Origin: an uncultured Chloroflexia bacterium
Lineage (GTDB): Bacteria; Chloroflexota; Limnocylindria; Limnocylindrales; CSP1-4
DNA: 64,000 bases
Assembly: GCA_963749705.1 (NCBI GenBank)
Contig: CAVVNQ010000002.1
Span: 128,001-192,000 of the forward strand
Direction of reading: 5' to 3'
In this document: positions 60,794 through 64,000 of the stretch, one piece after another
How positions within the stretch are numbered: the first letter of the stretch is position 1
Layout of the letters: every line of letters begins with the position of its first letter
Translations under genes and position numbers: made by a program
Notes under the pieces: generated by a model
The model's input: only the letters and a program-made list of their open reading frames with translations
Database searches by the model: none
Told to the model about the DNA's origin: nothing

Positions 60794-62371
60794 ATGGCCA
60801 AGCGTACCGCCCCGAAACCCGACCCGGCCGATCCGGCGTCCAGGGGCCGCCGTCTCGTCATTGCCATCGACGGGCCGGCCTCGAGCGGCAAGAGCAGCGT
60901 GGGCGCCGCCGCCGCCGAGCGCCGTGGGCTTCGGTTCGTCGACACCGGGCTGCTGTACCGCGCGATCACGGCGCTGGCACTCCGCGAAGGCGTTGCGACC
61001 GACGATGCACCGGGTCTCACCGCGCTGGTCGATCGGGTCACCCTGGCCGACGACGGCTCGGGTCGGCTGACGCGGGTCCTGATGGACGGGGTCGACGCGA
61101 CCGACGCCGCGCGGACTCACGATGTCGACGCCGCGGTGTCCGCCGTGGCCATGGTTCCCGAGGTTCGCGCCGCGCTGATGCCACGCCAGCGGGCGCTGGC
61201 GGCGGACGGCGGGATCATCGTCGCCGGGCGCGACATCGGCACCGTCATCCTCCCGGATGCCGACCTCAAGCTGTTCCTCGACGCCTCGGTGGACGAGCGG
61301 GCGACGCGTCGGATCGATGAGCGCGGGCTGGATCCCGACGGCGCGGAGGCGGCGGCGGTCCGCGAGGAGCTGCGCGCGCGCGATGCCCGCGACCGGGGTC
61401 GCACGGTCGCGCCGCTTCGGGCGGCGAGCGACGCGGTGATCATCCACAGCGACGGCAACTCGCTCGCCGAGACGGTGTCCCTGGTCGATGCGGCGATCGG
61501 GGCCGCGATGGACGGGGCGCCGGATGCCGCCAGCGACGCCGGCCAGGAGGCGACGCCGGACGTCGCCGAACCCAAGGCGCCATCGGCCCCGCGTGTTGCC
61601 GCCCCGGCTCCCGTGACGTCGGTCAGGACCACCAAGAGCGGCCTGCTCGAGGTGGCGATGCGCCTCGACAACCACAAGTCCCTGCTCGTCCGCATGGTCG
61701 CCCTCGTCACCCGGATCGTGACCAGGATGTGCGCGCGGATCGAGTTCCAGGGGCTCGAGCGCGTTCCGAAGACGGGCGCGGTGATCCTGGCCGCCAACCA
61801 CATCTCGAACGCGGACCCGATGATGATCGGCGCCTGGCTGACACCTGCGCTCCGGCGGCGAAGGATCCACTGGCTGGGCAAGCAGGAGCTGTTCGACTGG
61901 CCGATCTTTGGCTGGATCTCGGCCCACGGCGGGGTGCACCCGGTCGAGCGGGGGGCCGCCGACGTGGAGGCGTTCCGGCTGGCGACGCGGATCCTCGAGG
62001 CGGGCTTCGTGCTGATGATCTTCCCCGAGGGCACGCGCAGCCCGACGGGCACGCTCCAGCACGCGAAGGACGGATTGTCGTCGCTCGCGCTCCGGACCGG
62101 CGCCGCGATCGTGCCCATCGGGATCAACAACTCCGACGCCGTGTGGCCCAAGGGCCAGAAGCTGCCCCACCCGCTGCCGCGGCGGACGATCACGGTGCGA
62201 ATCGGGGAGCCGTTCCAGGTCGCCGACCTCATCCCGCCGGGCACCGAGCGCCGGGCGGCCAAGACGGTCGCGACCAACGAGATCATGCACCGTATCGCGG
62301 CCCTGCTCGACGAGCGGCATCGGGGTGTCTACGCGGACGAACCGGGGCCCGACGCGCCGGCGGAGGCCTGA
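60794..62371 (+). CDS. cmk: Cytidylate kinase fused to a PlsC-type lysophospholipid acyltransferase
   Basis: IAIDGPA.SGKS, DTG.LYR, GRDIGTV, RD..D; then NHISNAD, GK.ELF, FPEGTRS, IVPIGI. Confidence 0.92.
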   Translation: MAKRTAPKPDPADPASRGRRLVIAIDGPASSGKSSVGAAAAERRGLRFVDTGLLYRAITALALREGVATDDAPGLTALVDRVTLADDGSGRLTRVLMDGVDATDAARTHDVDAAVSAVAMVPEVRAALMPRQRALAADGGIIVAGRDIGTVILPDADLKLFLDASVDERATRRIDERGLDPDGAEAAAVREELRARDARDRGRTVAPLRAASDAVIIHSDGNSLAETVSLVDAAIGAAMDGAPDAASDAGQEATPDVAEPKAPSAPRVAAPAPVTSVRTTKSGLLEVAMRLDNHKSLLVRMVALVTRIVTRMCARIEFQGLERVPKTGAVILAANHISNADPMMIGAWLTPALRRRRIHWLGKQELFDWPIFGWISAHGGVHPVERGAADVEAFRLATRILEAGFVLMIFPEGTRSPTGTLQHAKDGLSSLALRTGAAIVPIGINNSDAVWPKGQKLPHPLPRRTITVRIGEPFQVADLIPPGTERRAAKTVATNEIMHRIAALLDERHRGVYADEPGPDAPAEA

Positions 62372-62426
62372 TCCGGGTCGAGCGAGCAGCGGCGGGATCC
62401 CCGGACGTGTGCGAACATCGAGCCGT

Positions 62427-63398
62427 ATGGGCATGGTCGAGGAAGTCCGCATCGCACGCCGCACGGGGTTCTGCTACGGCGTGCGCGAGGCGATCGACAA
62501 GGCGAAGGAGTCTGCCGCGGCGGGCAAGGCCACGCACACCCTGGGCCAGGTCGTCCACAACGAGGGCGTGATCCGCGATCTCCAGCACATCGGCGTGCGC
62601 AGCGTGGACACGCTCGATGACGTGGATCACGGTGCAGCGGTGGTCATCCGCGCCCACGGCGTCAGGCCCGAGGTCTTCGACCGTGCCAGCGCTCGCGGCC
62701 TGGAGGTCATCGACGGTACCTGCACCTGGGTGATCCAGGAGCAGCGCCAGCTCCAGGAGCTGGTCGAGGAGGGCTACACCATCGTCCTGCTCGGCACGCC
62801 CAAGCACCCGGAGGTCGCCGGCCTGCTGGGCTTTGCGCCCGACGCGATCGTGGTCGACGAGGAGGCGGACTGGGTCAAGATCCCGCGCCGCAAGCGGATG
62901 GCGCTGATCACGCAGTCCACGCAGCCGCCCTGGAAGTTCGAGAAGCTGGCCGCGTTCATGGTCGGCCGTGCGCACGAGCTCAAGATCCTCAACACCGTGT
63001 GCCCGGTCACCATCCGGCGCCAGGAGGACACCCTCGACGCGGCGCGCGACGTCGACCTGATGGTGGTCGTGGGTGGTCGCCACTCGGCGAACACCAAGGA
63101 GCTCACCCGGCTGTGCGAGATCGCCGGCACCCCGGCGATCCAGATCGAGAACGCGCGCGATCTCGACGACGCCTCGGTGTTCACCGGTGTTCGCGTCGTG
63201 GGCGTGACCGGCGGCACCTCGACCCCGATCGAGGACCTGCGCGATGTCGCGGAGCGGATCTACCTGATCGGCGGGACCGAGGACGTTCGAGCGCGGGCCG
63301 CCGCGCTCGCGACCCTGGCCCTCGACGCCGCCGCGACCCCAGCCGGCCGCACCACCTCGCTGCCGATCCGGACACCGTCGCCCGTCGGCGCGGCCTGA
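62427..63398 (+). CDS. ispH: 4-hydroxy-3-methylbut-2-enyl diphosphate reductase
   Basis: GFC.GV, VHN, IRAHG, DGTC, HPEV, NTVC..T..RQ, S.NT, GVTGGTSTP. Confidence 0.96.
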   Translation: MGMVEEVRIARRTGFCYGVREAIDKAKESAAAGKATHTLGQVVHNEGVIRDLQHIGVRSVDTLDDVDHGAAVVIRAHGVRPEVFDRASARGLEVIDGTCTWVIQEQRQLQELVEEGYTIVLLGTPKHPEVAGLLGFAPDAIVVDEEADWVKIPRRKRMALITQSTQPPWKFEKLAAFMVGRAHELKILNTVCPVTIRRQEDTLDAARDVDLMVVVGGRHSANTKELTRLCEIAGTPAIQIENARDLDDASVFTGVRVVGVTGGTSTPIEDLRDVAERIYLIGGTEDVRARAAALATLALDAAATPAGRTTSLPIRTPSPVGAA

Positions 63399-63403
63399 CC
63401 GCC

Positions 63404-64000
63404 ATGCCCGCCCGTTCGGCCGGTCTCCCGGTCGTCGCCTTCGTCGGCCGGCCCAACGTGGGCAAGAGCACGCTGTTCAACCGCGTCGTGGGTGACGCGC
63501 GGGCGGCGATCGTCGAGGACCGGGCGCGGACCACCCGCGATCGCCTGTACGGGGATGCGGAGTGGAACGGCCGGCGGTTCGTCGTGGTCGACACGGGCGG
63601 GCTCGAGGTCGCGCCCGGCGACCCGATCGAGGAGCAGGTGCAGCTCCAGGCCCGGCTGGCGATCAGCGAGGCGGACGTGATCGTGTTCCTGGTCGATGCG
63701 ATCACCGGCCCGACACCCGGCGACGACGACGCGGCGGAGCTGCTGCGGCGGACGACGAAGCCGGTGCTGGTCGCGGCCAACAAGGCCGACAACGAGAAGC
63801 GCGAGCTCGACGCGGCGGAGTTCTACGCGATGGGCTGGGAGGACACGTTCGCGATCTCCGCCAACCACGGTCGCGGCGTCGCGGACCTGCTCGACGCCGT
63901 GGTCTGGGCGCTGCCGCCCGAGACCGAGGCCGAGGTCGAGCGCAAGGCCCGCGAGGCGGAGGCCGAGGCGTGGGCGAAGGAGATGGCCCGCGCCACGCCG
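63404..64000 (+). CDS. der: Ribosome biogenesis GTPase Der/EngA (3' truncated; not in the supplied ORF track)
   Basis: Manual translation from ATG 63404: VAFVGRPNVGKSTLFN, TTRDRLY, VDTGG, NKAD, ISANHG. Confidence 0.95.
   Translation, partial: MPARSAGLPVVAFVGRPNVGKSTLFNRVVGDARAAIVEDRARTTRDRLYGDAEWNGRRFVVVDTGGLEVAPGDPIEEQVQLQARLAISEADVIVFLVDAITGPTPGDDDAAELLRRTTKPVLVAANKADNEKRELDAAEFYAMGWEDTFAISANHGRGVADLLDAVVWALPPETEAEVERKAREAEAEAWAKEMARATP

Overview
High-GC (roughly 70-75% by eye) bacterial core-chromosome segment with almost all genes on the + strand. Gene content and protein style suggest Chloroflexota, possibly Limnocylindria-like; this is an inference, not a tested placement. Order: CpaE-like ATPase (partial), comM, dprA, Ig/CAP secreted protein, hypothetical, topA, xerC, murJ, two FemABX-family genes, murE, LmeA-like, rel, (MFS and MerR on the minus strand), csp, GT4, hisS, aspS, EamA, membrane protein, (NTP-transferase-like, minus), typA, iscS, mnmA, two small membrane proteins, alaS, FtsA-like actin, frameshifted baseplate-J-like bitopic protein, ruvX, mltG, pepP, efp, xseAB, dxs, tlyA, nadK, recN, xerD, PH/SHOCT, site-2 protease, HD, scpAB, rluB, a 5.5 kb accessory block, cmk-plsC fusion, ispH, der (partial). 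I saw no rRNA, tRNA, CRISPR array, IS element or prophage. The best candidate for an undescribed system is an orphan FtsA-like actin paired with a baseplate-J-like membrane protein inside alaS-ruvX-mltG. Other points: a FemABX/MurE(EDPR) branched-peptidoglycan operon, pervasive leaderless -10/start architecture, 20-23 codon mini-ORFs that overlap flanking genes, and Asp-to-Asn changes in essential motifs of topA and mnmA. The last, together with clustered indels in one gene, may be sequencing error.
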